In this document: piece after piece, positions 28,654 through 39,214 of the stretch
Layout: each line of letters opens with the position of its first letter
How positions within the stretch are numbered: the stretch's first letter is position 1
Virus record (IMG/VR): IMGVR_UViG_3300035670_013167
Coordinates: 42,764-106,763 of that record
Length of the DNA stretch: 64,000 nt
Source of the DNA: a virus
Reading direction: 5' to 3' (one strand)
The notes under the pieces: model-generated
Seen by the model: only the letters and a program-made list of their open reading frames with translations
What the model was told of the DNA's origin: nothing
The model's database searches: none
Made by a program: the position numbers and the translations under genes

Positions 28654-28926
28654 CTATTTTTTTTCTTTTGATTTTTGTCTTTTATTTTTTTCTATTTCAG
28701 ATTGATCTTGAATAAGATCAACCTTATCAAACCAATCAAATGCAGATTTAGCCTGCATTAGCCACTTATCGATTTCTTTGTCTTTAGCAAACAAATAAGA
28801 AACATCGGCTCGATCTCCACTAACAGGTTGCGTTAGTCTTTCTACAATCAAATCCAATTCGTCATCAGAAAGACGACGAAGATACTCTTTTACTATCAAA
28901 GAATCTTGCTTAGAGTTTTTTTTCAT
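28654..28926 (-). CDS. Hypothetical protein
   Basis: Likely start MKKNSKQ. Confidence 0.55.
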   Translation of the reverse strand: MKKNSKQDSLIVKEYLRRLSDDELDLIVERLTQPVSGDRADVSYLFAKDKEIDKWLMQAKSAFDWFDKVDLIQDQSEIEKNKRQKSKEKK

Positions 28927-29233
28927 GAACACCACCAATAACACTAAAGATATATTTGATCCAAGAAATCTTGAAAAACTATTAATCAAGGCTTGGACCG
29001 AATTTATCGACGCTAGAAAATTACTGAATTTCTTAAAAATTAATATAAAAGAAAAATTTCATATTAACAACCCTAAAATTCAAACCCTTTTAGTATCCAA
29101 TGTTATTCTAGAACCTCAGGGGATCTTGCTTTGGATTAATTATAATATAATGAATTCTAGTAATCCTGTCAACATTACACATGAAGTTTTACTTAAGGCT
29201 GACGGGACTATAGAAATTACAAAAACTATATAA
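28925..29233 (+). CDS. Hypothetical protein
   Basis: ORF filling the gap between minus-strand genes. Confidence 0.5.
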   Translation: MNTTNNTKDIFDPRNLEKLLIKAWTEFIDARKLLNFLKINIKEKFHINNPKIQTLLVSNVILEPQGILLWINYNIMNSSNPVNITHEVLLKADGTIEITKTI

Positions 29234-29573
29234 CATCAAAAATAGTAATATTTTCACCATCTTGAGAAATAGATTTTTGTTCACAAATCATTTTATTTTT
29301 ATCTTCAAATCTTAAGCCCAAATTATATTCATCAATGGAAACTTCTCTACCATTCTGAGAAGCTATGATCCAACAATAATTCGGTTGTTTTTCTAAGTCT
29401 CCATACTTATTTTCTTGAGTTATTCCAACTTCTAACACCATATTATTTGGCAAAAGTAACTGAACTTGACCTTCACTCAATAAGTGATTTATAAAAACTT
29501 CTTGAACTTTGTTTTTATTTATTTTTTTCATGGAATCGCCCTCCTTATAAAATTTGCTAAACATGAAAAACAA
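29226..29573 (-). CDS. Hypothetical protein
   Basis: ORF; GGAGG RBS before internal MKKINK suggests a later start. Confidence 0.55.
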   Translation of the reverse strand: MFFMFSKFYKEGDSMKKINKNKVQEVFINHLLSEGQVQLLLPNNMVLEVGITQENKYGDLEKQPNYCWIIASQNGREVSIDEYNLGLRFEDKNKMICEQKSISQDGENITIFDVI

Positions 29574-29580
29574 GCGATTA

Positions 29581-30042
29581 TTAATAAAGATTTAATTGTT
29601 CTGGCTTCATATAGCTGTACTCAAATCCTTCAAAACTTTTGATTTTTGATTTTTCTTGTATCGGAGATGAAATAGGCCTGCCTCTTTCGTCCACACAAAC
29701 ACTCCAACAATAAATTTTATAGTCTTTTTGATAAAATTCCACTAATGATAAAAGATGGCTTCCCAAAACTTTTTTAGCTAGTTTAGTAACTAATGAAAAA
29801 GGTAAAAAAGGAGCATATTTATTATAAACTTGAAAAGTTTCTAGATAATAATTGCCGTAAAAAGCTTTATTAAAATGAATTATTACAGTATAACCATCAA
29901 CTTCCACTTCATTTTTCTTAAGACAGGCAATATCATATTCATTTTCCATAGGACCTAATGGAAAATTATAACCAACTAAATGGCTAGACAAATTTCTTAG
30001 TATTTCAATTTTATTGTCAAAGCTCATGGCTAAAGACCTCAA
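29581..30042 (-). CDS. Hypothetical protein
   Basis: ORF in a co-oriented run. Confidence 0.6.
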   Translation of the reverse strand: MRSLAMSFDNKIEILRNLSSHLVGYNFPLGPMENEYDIACLKKNEVEVDGYTVIIHFNKAFYGNYYLETFQVYNKYAPFLPFSLVTKLAKKVLGSHLLSLVEFYQKDYKIYCWSVCVDERGRPISSPIQEKSKIKSFEGFEYSYMKPEQLNLY

Positions 30043-30045
30043 ATA

Positions 30046-30990
30046 CTATTTATCCTTTTCGCACAAATAACTACAAATTTGTTTATCCAATTGCACACAA
30101 TTTAATATCTCTTTAAATTCAAAAAAAGACCTATTTCTAAAAGAATTCCAATAAGAAACATCACTTTTTATATTAGTAAAAACTCTTTGTAAAAACCAAC
30201 TTCCAAGCTCAGAATTATTAATTTCTAAAAATTCAAAAAAATCTTTTGGATCTAGCCAAGATAAAGAATCCGGCAAACCTTTGAGAACAGCTTTAGATAT
30301 AAAATTATCTAAAAACAAAATCCAATTTTTTGCAAAATAAGAATCCAAACAAGCCGCATTATCTGCTATCCTAAACTCTATTGTAGGCCTTCTATTTTTG
30401 ACTAGATGATATGTATTAATACTCAAGTACTTGTTAGAAAGCTTATCAACGATTTCAGAACAGTCTATTTGATTTACATCAAACAAATCCAAAAGACCTA
30501 TACATTGACAATATTTATTTAATTTTCTGGTATCGGGTATAGAGTCGAAAAAAATAGCTTCGCACTTTATCCACCAACAAAGCACAGAGCATAAATTTAA
30601 AGATTTTGCAAAATTAATTTTTCTATGATCAACATAATTCTCATAAAATAAAAAATCGCTAATATCAAAATGAACATGGAAAGAACATCTTGTATCAGCC
30701 ATTATTTTTTCATCTTTTGATAAATATTCTATAACTTCAACAACTTCAAAAAAATCATCAAGAACTGGGCTACACAGTTCTATTCCACAACTTGAGTCTG
30801 GTTTGCATACCCAATTTTTATTATTACAGGTGTACTGCCAATCTGTGATAACAACCTCTTTATTTAATTTTTCAAGCAATCCAGCTACATATTCTATTCC
30901 TTCAGGTTTTTCTTTCTTAAATAATGGATTTATTTTAAAATCTCTTTTATCAAAAGAATTTAATTCTATTTCTATGCCAAATTTTCTCAT
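30046..30990 (-). CDS. Putative amidoligase (COOH-NH2 ligase) enzyme
   Basis: FGIEIE, KPDSSC, IELCSPVL, CSFHVH, TIEFR. Confidence 0.85.
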   Translation of the reverse strand: MRKFGIEIELNSFDKRDFKINPLFKKEKPEGIEYVAGLLEKLNKEVVITDWQYTCNNKNWVCKPDSSCGIELCSPVLDDFFEVVEVIEYLSKDEKIMADTRCSFHVHFDISDFLFYENYVDHRKINFAKSLNLCSVLCWWIKCEAIFFDSIPDTRKLNKYCQCIGLLDLFDVNQIDCSEIVDKLSNKYLSINTYHLVKNRRPTIEFRIADNAACLDSYFAKNWILFLDNFISKAVLKGLPDSLSWLDPKDFFEFLEINNSELGSWFLQRVFTNIKSDVSYWNSFRNRSFFEFKEILNCVQLDKQICSYLCEKDK

Positions 30991-31042
30991 TGATTATTCT
31001 TTATTATTTTTGTACAATATATTATACAAAAAGGAGAACAAA

Positions 31043-31279
31043 ATGAAATGTCTAATGATACAAACAAATGACAATAGAAAATTACTAACTCATCAAAAAA
31101 ACTACAAACATCTTTTGGAATATATAAAAACTTTTAAAGCAAAAACTTTTGTTGTTAAAGTTGCAAGCGAAGAAAAACAAAAAATATTAGATTTAAATAA
31201 GTTAGTTTCGGCGTTATGCGATAAAAACTTTAATATTAAAAATATAAATGTTGAAATTTTAGAAAAAAAATCAAAGTAA
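31043..31279 (+). CDS. Hypothetical protein
   Basis: AAGGAG RBS before MKCLMIQ. Confidence 0.55.
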   Translation: MKCLMIQTNDNRKLLTHQKNYKHLLEYIKTFKAKTFVVKVASEEKQKILDLNKLVSALCDKNFNIKNINVEILEKKSK

Positions 31280-32044
31280 GCTATTCAATCTTATAAGTGC
31301 TTTGCCATAAAGAGTATGGCTATTTTGAATTCCCCAAGAAAAATCTTTTATATTCATTATGTATTTTTGTTTTGCATATTGATTCCAAAGATGAAGAACT
31401 AAAAGATTTTTTGGAATTTCATATTCATTCTCAAATATATTTTCTAATTTTCTAAAACTAGGCCTAACAAAACAATCAGGAGGCAAAACTAATATGTCTT
31501 CTTTATTATTAAATTTTGAATATATCATCTGCGGCAGGATGGTAGAAGCTTCTTGCCAACCATTTGGATTGAAGAATTTTTCATAATTATTCATCCAAAT
31601 ATTTAAAAATTTGCTATTTTTATAAGACATCATAACGGCGTTAGAAAACCCCATGTTTCTACCGCATTCTGTAATCTCTTGAGAAATTACAAAATTATTA
31701 TTTAATAATAAGTTGTTGTAATTTCTTATTGTAATTGTATCTATATCTAAATAAATTCCACCTTTATTATGCAAAACAAACATTTTCAGTATGTCTGCTT
31801 TGTGTGGAATTTTAATTATATTTTTTTTACCAATTTTTTCAGGAGCTGTAACTTTTACTATTTCTACTAAATCTTTAGTTTTTTCCCACCAAAAACCCTT
31901 TGGCAATTCGTCGCAATAAAAAAATATTTTTTCTGGTTTTTGTATGAGTTTGCAAGACAAAACAGCAACATGATAAACAAATAAAAAATCTTCACATTGC
32001 TGCTTGTCTCGTAAACAAATAAAGTGAACTATATTTGGGATCAC
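31271..32044 (-). CDS. Glycosyltransferase, GT32/DXD sugar-binding family
   Basis: IPNIVHF, HKADILK, GGIYLDID, NAVM, HLW. Confidence 0.88.
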   Translation of the reverse strand: MIPNIVHFICLRDKQQCEDFLFVYHVAVLSCKLIQKPEKIFFYCDELPKGFWWEKTKDLVEIVKVTAPEKIGKKNIIKIPHKADILKMFVLHNKGGIYLDIDTITIRNYNNLLLNNNFVISQEITECGRNMGFSNAVMMSYKNSKFLNIWMNNYEKFFNPNGWQEASTILPQMIYSKFNNKEDILVLPPDCFVRPSFRKLENIFENEYEIPKNLLVLHLWNQYAKQKYIMNIKDFSWGIQNSHTLYGKALIRLNSLL

Positions 32045-33225
32045 TTGTCTTCTTCAACCAAATGAGAAATATCACCATTAGAATCTACTTGCTCTACTCC
32101 GTCACTATTAGTAAGAGCGATAGCTTCAGACCATTCTTTTAGATATTCTCTAACTTGATCGGCACTTTCTGCATCTACTAATTTAGGATATTTATATAAA
32201 ACTTCTGGATCCATTGGTGCTGTTTTTGCCTGCTGAAACATGGCCTCTTCTTCTCCACTCCATTCAGGAAGTATTCTGTATCTTCCTTGTCCTTTTGTAG
32301 GCTCAATTCTTTCTGCCATTAGTAGGGCATCCATAAGACCACCAAGAGGATTTATACCAGTGTTAAAAAACAAAGGAATATTTTCTACTTTTACTCCAGG
32401 CGTAAAATGCCTATTCTTTTTATTTGTCACACTCATATTAACACCAAGAGGAAGCTTGGTTTTTTTATCTTGAAATGATTTTGGAGCACCACAACGAAGT
32501 CTTAAAGAAGCATAAAACTTTAAAGCTTCTCCGCCACCAGAAGTAGTTTCATCATTACCATAAATAACTCCAATTTTTTTTCTGACCTGGTTGATGACAT
32601 ACAAAGTTGCATTATTATTATTTAAGAAAGGATTTAATGTTCTCAAAACTTTATTTGCAATTTTAGCTCGTTCTCCAGGCCTTTCATTTCCTCCTGCTGC
32701 TGCTATTTGAGCCTGCGTGGGATTTTCAGGCAATTCTGTCTCGTTCCATTCTCTACTAGATGGATTCACACCAATCGAATCCCAAACAATTCCAATTGGC
32801 TTGTCTGGAAATTTTTCTCGAATTGCATTAACAATAATTGTAATCTTTTTTTCGACTTGCTCTAGTGTAATTGGATCATAAACCAATAAAGAATCTGGGT
32901 CTACGTGTCCACATCTTTCTGCAAATTCAGAGCCACTAGATCTTTCACAATCTAACAATATCGCTATTCCATTCATTTTCTGAATAGAGTGCATAAAGCA
33001 ATATCCTAGAAAAGACTTACCAGAAGCTTCAGGACCATAAGCCTCTACAATCCTGCCGCCTGGAAATCCTCCGCTTATAAATTTACCACTACAAGCATAA
33101 TTTATAGAAAGATTTCCAGTATCAACAAAATAGGGAACTTGACCTGCTCCTCGAAGAGTTTCTCCACCAGTTGAACTCAATATTTCAGCCAACACATCAT
33201 TATCATTATTTTTCTTTTTTGCCAT
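32041..33225 (-). CDS. recA: RecA/UvsX recombinase
   Basis: DTG, GGFPGGRIVEAYGPEASGKS, WDSI, INQVR, GGEALKFYASLRL. Confidence 0.93.
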   Translation of the reverse strand: MAKKKNNDNDVLAEILSSTGGETLRGAGQVPYFVDTGNLSINYACSGKFISGGFPGGRIVEAYGPEASGKSFLGYCFMHSIQKMNGIAILLDCERSSGSEFAERCGHVDPDSLLVYDPITLEQVEKKITIIVNAIREKFPDKPIGIVWDSIGVNPSSREWNETELPENPTQAQIAAAGGNERPGERAKIANKVLRTLNPFLNNNNATLYVINQVRKKIGVIYGNDETTSGGGEALKFYASLRLRCGAPKSFQDKKTKLPLGVNMSVTNKKNRHFTPGVKVENIPLFFNTGINPLGGLMDALLMAERIEPTKGQGRYRILPEWSGEEEAMFQQAKTAPMDPEVLYKYPKLVDAESADQVREYLKEWSEAIALTNSDGVEQVDSNGDISHLVEEDK

Positions 33226-33245
33226 TATATTTTCTCCATTTTATT

Positions 33246-33290
33246 TTAAAAAATACCCCTGCCCAAGTGCTGCGACAACTTGGGCAGGGG
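33246..33290 (-). terminator. GC-rich hairpin/terminator between ssb and recA
   Basis: CCCCTGCCCAAGT/ACTTGGGCAGGGG 13-bp stem then TATTTTTT on the minus strand. Confidence 0.75.
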
Positions 33291-33310
33291 CCGAACCAAA
33301 CTACGTGCAA

Positions 33311-34303
33311 CTAAGACAACTTTCTAAGTTCTTCTAAAAAGTCTTTATCAGCCATTTCTTCATCTTCATCGTCGTTTTGTTCAACTTTAGAAGTGGATTT
33401 GGAAACGATTTCTTCAACATCCTCTTCTTCCACAACCTGTTTGACCTTAGGGGGAACAGGAGCCGAAACAGAAGAAGCGGAAGTAGAAGCAGAAGACTTG
33501 AATTTTGATGGATCAAAATTCGAACTTGTTTCCTGTTTCAAACCCAAATGAATCATCAATTCATTTTCTAAATCTTCTGCTGATTTGAGCACTCTCAAAG
33601 AAGCCAAGTCATGAAGATTTTCCATCCACTTTTCACACTCATCAGGATCACCGGCTGGCGACTCGTCTAAGAAATGAGAACTTTCGTAGTTAGGATAAGT
33701 ATTCTCACCAGATTTTCTAATGGTCTTGACTAATTTGAAGTCTCTACCAGTTTTGAAATCAGTAACATCACCTAATCTAGGCTGATTCATTTCTTTGTCG
33801 CCGCAAATTCCTCTAAGAATAGCTTCGTGAACTGTTTTACCAACTGAGAGAATTTTAGGACCAACATTCTTTTTTACATTTCCATTTTCGTCAGTTTCAG
33901 CCCTTACTATTACATTGTAATAGTATCTTTCAATAGGCTTCAATTCTCGATAGGTAGCCTGCATTCTATCTCGTTCTTCGGGCGGGGCTTGTTCTGACTC
34001 TTTCCACAGCCACTTGAGATAGTCTCCAATTGGATTTTCACCAACCCACTTGCCATTTACCTTTTCTCTAGGATCATGAAGGCTCTTACCATTTACCTTA
34101 TGAATTCTTGTCCATTGATAAAAAGGATTTTTTTCTCTATCGAACATTCCATTTGGAGCAGGAGGCAAAATTCTCAAAACAACACTGCCCTTGCCTTCGG
34201 GCATTCTTACAAAGTTTTCCAAAAAAGATCCAGAAGAACCACTAGCTTCTACAGCCTTGGATTCCTTGTATTCTTCACTAAGGGAATTAATATCTAGTCC
34301 CAT
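33311..34303 (-). CDS. Single-stranded DNA-binding protein, gp32-like
   Basis: VLRILPP, RYYYNVIVR, GPKILSVGK, D..TGRDF.L, YPNY.SS.F, acidic tail. Confidence 0.85.
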   Translation of the reverse strand: MGLDINSLSEEYKESKAVEASGSSGSFLENFVRMPEGKGSVVLRILPPAPNGMFDREKNPFYQWTRIHKVNGKSLHDPREKVNGKWVGENPIGDYLKWLWKESEQAPPEERDRMQATYRELKPIERYYYNVIVRAETDENGNVKKNVGPKILSVGKTVHEAILRGICGDKEMNQPRLGDVTDFKTGRDFKLVKTIRKSGENTYPNYESSHFLDESPAGDPDECEKWMENLHDLASLRVLKSAEDLENELMIHLGLKQETSSNFDPSKFKSSASTSASSVSAPVPPKVKQVVEEEDVEEIVSKSTSKVEQNDDEDEEMADKDFLEELRKLS

Positions 34304-34377
34304 TTTTCTCTCCGTTAATAAAAAGTTAATTGAAAGTTAATAAACGTTACTAACAATTTCACGTTCATTGTTATCAT

Positions 34378-34406
34378 GTTATAAGTAATATCGAATCAAA
34401 AGTCAA
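34378..34406 (-). promoter_or_regulatory. Sigma70-like promoter upstream of ssb
   Basis: TTGACT-N17-TATAAC. Confidence 0.55.
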
Positions 34407-34417
34407 TATTTTTTTTC

Positions 34418-34867
34418 TTAATCTTCGCTTTTTTCACCAATTGCTTGTTTTTGAGTAAAATCTATTCTGCCTGATTCTTTTTCTTCTTGAGTCATAGAAT
34501 CTTGAACCTGCTTATCTAAGGCACTTAATTTGTCTTTTAGAGTGTGATAGCCTTCCGCCTCAAGTTTTTCATTAATGGCTTTTTTCTGGTTGATCTCTGC
34601 TAAATACTCATCTTCTAAAGCTTTTAATATCTCAGCATTTTTTTCTAATTTAGATAAAATTTGTTCATTCTTTTTGTCTTCTAAAATCTTTTTCTTTTCA
34701 GGATCTTTAATTATAGGCATTATTCTCTCGCGAAATTTTTTATCTAATTTAGATGATTTTTTATTTTCGCTAGCTTGATTTCTCAATAATTTTCTTCTAG
34801 CTAAAACTCTTTTTTTAGCAATTTCTTCTCTTTTCTTTTTCTTTCTTTCTTGTTGTTTTTTAGACAT
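34418..34867 (-). CDS. Basic coiled-coil hypothetical protein
   Basis: AGGAG RBS before MSKKQQERK. Confidence 0.6.
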   Translation of the reverse strand: MSKKQQERKKKKREEIAKKRVLARRKLLRNQASENKKSSKLDKKFRERIMPIIKDPEKKKILEDKKNEQILSKLEKNAEILKALEDEYLAEINQKKAINEKLEAEGYHTLKDKLSALDKQVQDSMTQEEKESGRIDFTQKQAIGEKSED

Positions 34868-35619
34868 TATCTTCTCCTTATATCTGGCATTGATTCTTCT
34901 GTTTTCATGTTTTTCCAAAGATCGATTTCACAACTAGTCGCTCCATGATATTGAGGTTCATCCTCACCAAAACTCAACCCTGCTGGCGGGACTATAAAAC
35001 ACTCGGAACTAACTTCAACTTCTCTGCCGGTATCATCTTTTGTTAAATAATTTAATATACCAGCTCCCAAAGATTTTTCTAAAAAAATTGAATACTTTTT
35101 TCCTACAGTAAACTTATATCCTTTTTGCTCTACCTTTGCTTTTGTCATCAGCTCAGGATCATAAATTTCTTGTCTTATTGCCTTTTTATTTTCTTTCTTA
35201 ACCTGACAAAGATTAACTTTAGGAGTTGGTTCTACATCTTGTTCAACTTCTGGTTTTATTATTTTTTTAATTTTATCTAGCAAAACTTCGTCTTCTAATA
35301 TTTTAGAAACATCTTCGTCTTCTTCAGAATCAGAAGACACAATAGATCCGCTGTCAAAACTAAATTTTTTATTTTTAATTAATATTCCATTTTCGTTTTC
35401 TTTGTAGCTTATTTTTTTCTTTGTATACTCAAATATTTCAATGTCAACAATAAGAATGTTTCTTCTAGCCAACTGCGACATGATTTTCCCAGCTAAAACT
35501 TCTAAGGAAACATCTTCATTATATTTGCCTATTTTAGTAGTTTTAGTTAATATTTCATCCTGATACTCTCCGGGAGTTTCAGCAGATTGTTTGTAGTGAT
35601 AAATAATTTCAAATCCCAT
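34867..35619 (-). CDS. Hypothetical protein
   Basis: Long ORF, translationally coupled. Confidence 0.65.
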   Translation of the reverse strand: MGFEIIYHYKQSAETPGEYQDEILTKTTKIGKYNEDVSLEVLAGKIMSQLARRNILIVDIEIFEYTKKKISYKENENGILIKNKKFSFDSGSIVSSDSEEDEDVSKILEDEVLLDKIKKIIKPEVEQDVEPTPKVNLCQVKKENKKAIRQEIYDPELMTKAKVEQKGYKFTVGKKYSIFLEKSLGAGILNYLTKDDTGREVEVSSECFIVPPAGLSFGEDEPQYHGATSCEIDLWKNMKTEESMPDIRRR

Positions 35620-35632
35620 AAAACTAAATTAG

Positions 35633-36250
35633 TTACTTTTGAACAATTCCAACTCCGTATCTTGTTTCGTAAACAATTCCTTCTCTATTTTTAGTTTTAC
35701 AAAAATCTAAAAATATTTTTTTTATTTTTTTATCGTAATCTAAGTAATCAACCACTAAAAATCCATCTAAATTTAAATTATTCCAAAAAATATTTAAGGC
35801 GTCCATGATTTTATCAAAATTATTTTTTTCAGTAATTAATATAAGATCAAAATTTTTCAATTTAGACAAAAATTCATCATCAAATATTGATCCATAATAA
35901 AATTCTTTATTAATTTTTTTTGATATGTCCTTGATATTAGAAAAAGCAAGACGCTCTGAGTAGAAACTTCCATCGTTATTTTGAAAAGCAAAAAAATATT
36001 GAGGACTTTTTGATCCTTGTAAAAAACAACAAATTTCTAATCCTAAATTTAATCCAATTTGCAAAATAGATTTTGGAGCTATATATTTGCCCATATGGTA
36101 ATAAAAAGGCAAATATAAAGGATCTTGATATTGGCCGCTTTTCCTAGAACTTTCATCTACAAGTCTTAATTTATCTAATAAAACTCTTGATGAAATTAAT
36201 TGATTTTTTAATTTTAAATCTAAATCTTTAGAAAAGTCTTTTAGGTTCAT
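35633..36250 (-). CDS. Degenerate class I methyltransferase-like protein
   Basis: PKSILQIGLNLG, FDLILI, LNLDGFLVVD. Confidence 0.55.
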   Translation of the reverse strand: MNLKDFSKDLDLKLKNQLISSRVLLDKLRLVDESSRKSGQYQDPLYLPFYYHMGKYIAPKSILQIGLNLGLEICCFLQGSKSPQYFFAFQNNDGSFYSERLAFSNIKDISKKINKEFYYGSIFDDEFLSKLKNFDLILITEKNNFDKIMDALNIFWNNLNLDGFLVVDYLDYDKKIKKIFLDFCKTKNREGIVYETRYGVGIVQK

Positions 36251-36507
36251 AAAGAAATAAAAATAGGATCATTTTCTCCAAAATGACTTCCTAAAACATT
36301 ATATTCAAAATACTCAACAGCATCTTTCAAAGGCATTCCGCTATTCGTTAGCACTACGATGCATTTTTCAACATCATAAACAGGAACAATTGGATTTTTG
36401 CCGTTTGTATAACCTATTATAGCTTGATCAAATCCTTCTGCAAAAAGAGCTTCAGGATTTAATTCTGTTATTCTCTCAATTATTTGCTTGTATCTTGTTT
36501 CTTCCAC
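36247..36507 (-). CDS. Conserved phage hypothetical protein
   Basis: AEGFDQAIIG...VYD..KCI...EYFEYNVLGS..GE..PIF pattern. Confidence 0.6.
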   Translation of the reverse strand: MEETRYKQIIERITELNPEALFAEGFDQAIIGYTNGKNPIVPVYDVEKCIVVLTNSGMPLKDAVEYFEYNVLGSHFGENDPIFISL

Positions 36508-37069
36508 TATATTCTCTCCAAATCATCAGATCATATTCAGCAACAGACATTCCCGACTTTTTTACTAAATCTAAAAATATTTTTTCTATTTCTAGATAAC
36601 TTTTTCTAGTTGGAGTCTGCTGGGGCACATTATAACCGTTATCTCTCAAAAAAGAAAGAATATGAACATCTAAACCAGCGTAACTAGCATTTCTTCTAGA
36701 GTGTATTATAAAACATCTACTAGTTTTCATGCCTATTCCGTAAATATTTTCGAGATCTTCCGCAGAACATTCATGAAGATCTAATCCAGAATTAGCCAAT
36801 TCATAAAATGTTTTAGCCTTATTATTATAACAACCTATCCCATTGTATTTTAATACATTGGGAAGTTCGCTTTTATTAATTTTTCTTATACACTCAAAAG
36901 GATTATATAATTTTATATTTAAATTATTATGAATTGACTGTAATAATTTTTCAAGACATCTACTGGCAGTGAGGGCATTTTTCCCTGCTGCCAAAACCCA
37001 AAATAATAAAACTTCTTCAAGTTCTTCTTTTGTATTTTTGAACTTGGTAATATTAACAGGATCTATCAT
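36476..37069 (-). CDS. HhH-GPD DNA glycosylase/AP lyase (OGG-like)
   Basis: LENIYGIGMKTS HhH with Lys, LDVHIL, YLEIE, DLMIW. Confidence 0.75.
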   Translation of the reverse strand: MIDPVNITKFKNTKEELEEVLLFWVLAAGKNALTASRCLEKLLQSIHNNLNIKLYNPFECIRKINKSELPNVLKYNGIGCYNNKAKTFYELANSGLDLHECSAEDLENIYGIGMKTSRCFIIHSRRNASYAGLDVHILSFLRDNGYNVPQQTPTRKSYLEIEKIFLDLVKKSGMSVAEYDLMIWREYSGRNKIQANN

Positions 37070-37572
37070 GAGTTTTTTCTAACAATATTTTCTACTTCAT
37101 CGTTCATTTCTCGCTTAATCATAATATCTGTACTTAATTTGTCCATTTCTTTTCTTATCATGTGTCCTCTACTTTGGGCATTTTCATGAGCTTTATCCCA
37201 AGATCTCAAGTGCTGTTTAAGCAGAGTAACCTTATGCTTAGCTCCAATAATTTCTTTTTTTAATTCAGAAACCTTTTCTTGTTTTTTTGCATTTGCTTCA
37301 GCCAATTTATCTGTGCATCCTTCTTCTTTTGATTTTTCGTAAGCACAGGCAAATGCAAGTTCGTATTCATATTCCCTGTAGGCCAATAAGGCTTCTGCCT
37401 CGGCTAGTTTTTGAGAAAAATAATCATACCACAAGCCTAAATTTTCCATGAAAGAATTTAATGTAATTTCATTAAAAGACAATCTTGAATTGTCTAATAT
37501 AATTTCCTGATCTCCTACCTTGATAGAAGTTTTAGCAATTGGAGCATCTTTAAAATAATCTAATTCACTCAT
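37066..37572 (-). CDS. UvsY-like recombination mediator
   Basis: Helical 168-aa protein beside the helicase; called from pattern and context only. Confidence 0.45.
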   Translation of the reverse strand: MSELDYFKDAPIAKTSIKVGDQEIILDNSRLSFNEITLNSFMENLGLWYDYFSQKLAEAEALLAYREYEYELAFACAYEKSKEEGCTDKLAEANAKKQEKVSELKKEIIGAKHKVTLLKQHLRSWDKAHENAQSRGHMIRKEMDKLSTDIMIKREMNDEVENIVRKNS

Positions 37573-39214
37573 CAGAATCTTCTCCGTTTTCTATGTTATC
37601 GGGCTGGTCTAGATCTGCGTTATTATAGCCTATGTCATCTTTAAATTTTGATTTATTTTTTTTGTTTTTATTTTTATATTTCATTTTATTCTCAATCTCT
37701 TCTTGTTGACGCTCTTCGTCAGTCTTTCTATTCACAACAGTCATTTGATAAGCTTTCCATCTTCTGTCATATTCGGCTCCGCTAATTTCTTTCATTTCCA
37801 GAGTTTTCATATTATATTCTACATAAAAAGTGAACCTACTTTTGCCATGTCGATGCTTAATAACAAATATTCTGGCTATTGCGGCCTCTTTTTCTCCATG
37901 CATTTGATTTATAGACCAACAGCCATCTAAAGGCCTAATTTGACCATAAGAATCAGCCAAGTTCGTATCATCTATAACTCCTGGTCCTAGTCCCTCTTTA
38001 TTTTGAGCCTCTCTGGCATCTTTATTAGGCTGCATAGCGGTGTATATGCAAACATCTTCCTCAGTCGCCAATCCTCTTAAGTCTCTTACAATTCTATATC
38101 TAGACTCATAAGTGGGCATTCCTGGGTAATCTTTCATTTCACCTATATAATCAATAATTAATAAGTCTGGTCTAAATCCTATCATGTATAGTTGCTGCAT
38201 GTATGCTCTTAAAGTGTTAACGGTCATGCTGCCTGCTGGGAATTGCTTTATTACCAGTAATCTTTTATCTTCCTTATCTTTTGTTTTTTCTTCCATTGCG
38301 TTTCTGATAATGTCGGCATTTTCATGTATTGTGCCTATAGCAATATCACCAACTTGAGCGTCAAATCTTTCGGCTATCTTGTCCTCGTCCATTTCAAGAG
38401 AAACATATAGAACTTTCTTGCCAAGCTCAGTTACATTTTTTAATGCAGCGGTGACTAAAGCCAAGCTTTTTCCAGTACCGCTCAATCCAATCCAAGAATA
38501 TATTTCTCCTCTATGAGGCCCACCCCCTAATAAAGCATCATCAATACTCTTAAATCCGCTTGTAAACCTTTCTTGAGCTTCTTCTTCTTTTTGCATTCGC
38601 AAGAAACGCTCTTCAAATGTTTCAAAATAATTTAATCCCTCGTCAAAATTTCTATCAACGAGCAAAGCTTCTTTGAGAACAGATTGAATTTGCGTCCATG
38701 TTGATTCCTCTTCGGGATCTTTCTTCATTAATTGAAGAGATTTATCAAATGCATTTTTTAAACTCATTAATTTAGCAAAATTAAGTATCTTTTCTAAAAG
38801 ATACTCTCTTGAATCTAAATTTGGAACGTATTTTTCGTATAAAGAAATTGTTTCTGCGATGTAATGATTTTTAATCGTAGGTTCTTTATTTTTTATTGCA
38901 GTCTCTATCTCTTGAATAACAAAAGATCTTTGAGGAAGTATTTTGTATTTTTCTAAGTGATAAAATAAATTTCTACAAAGAAGCTGATGAACTTCGTCAA
39001 CAAAATAATTTGGATTTATTAAATCCCTACATTGCACAGCAAACCATCTATCATTTAGTAAAAGAGCTATTATATTTTTTTGAAATTCTTCTGCCCAATT
39101 ATATTTTATTACGGAATCGCCATCTGGGTTTGTGTGGCTTTTTAATTTATTTTTTTCTTCTTCTGTGAGTTCTTCATCAAAATCGCCAAAATCATATTCA
39201 TCATGTTCTGACAT
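37565..39214 (-). CDS. Replicative DNA helicase, DnaB/gp41-like
   Basis: SGFKSID..LGGG, GLSGTGKS, YVSLEM, IIDY, TAMQ, KHRHG. Confidence 0.92.
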   Translation of the reverse strand: MSEHDEYDFGDFDEELTEEEKNKLKSHTNPDGDSVIKYNWAEEFQKNIIALLLNDRWFAVQCRDLINPNYFVDEVHQLLCRNLFYHLEKYKILPQRSFVIQEIETAIKNKEPTIKNHYIAETISLYEKYVPNLDSREYLLEKILNFAKLMSLKNAFDKSLQLMKKDPEEESTWTQIQSVLKEALLVDRNFDEGLNYFETFEERFLRMQKEEEAQERFTSGFKSIDDALLGGGPHRGEIYSWIGLSGTGKSLALVTAALKNVTELGKKVLYVSLEMDEDKIAERFDAQVGDIAIGTIHENADIIRNAMEEKTKDKEDKRLLVIKQFPAGSMTVNTLRAYMQQLYMIGFRPDLLIIDYIGEMKDYPGMPTYESRYRIVRDLRGLATEEDVCIYTAMQPNKDAREAQNKEGLGPGVIDDTNLADSYGQIRPLDGCWSINQMHGEKEAAIARIFVIKHRHGKSRFTFYVEYNMKTLEMKEISGAEYDRRWKAYQMTVVNRKTDEERQQEEIENKMKYKNKNKKNKSKFKDDIGYNNADLDQPDNIENGEDSDE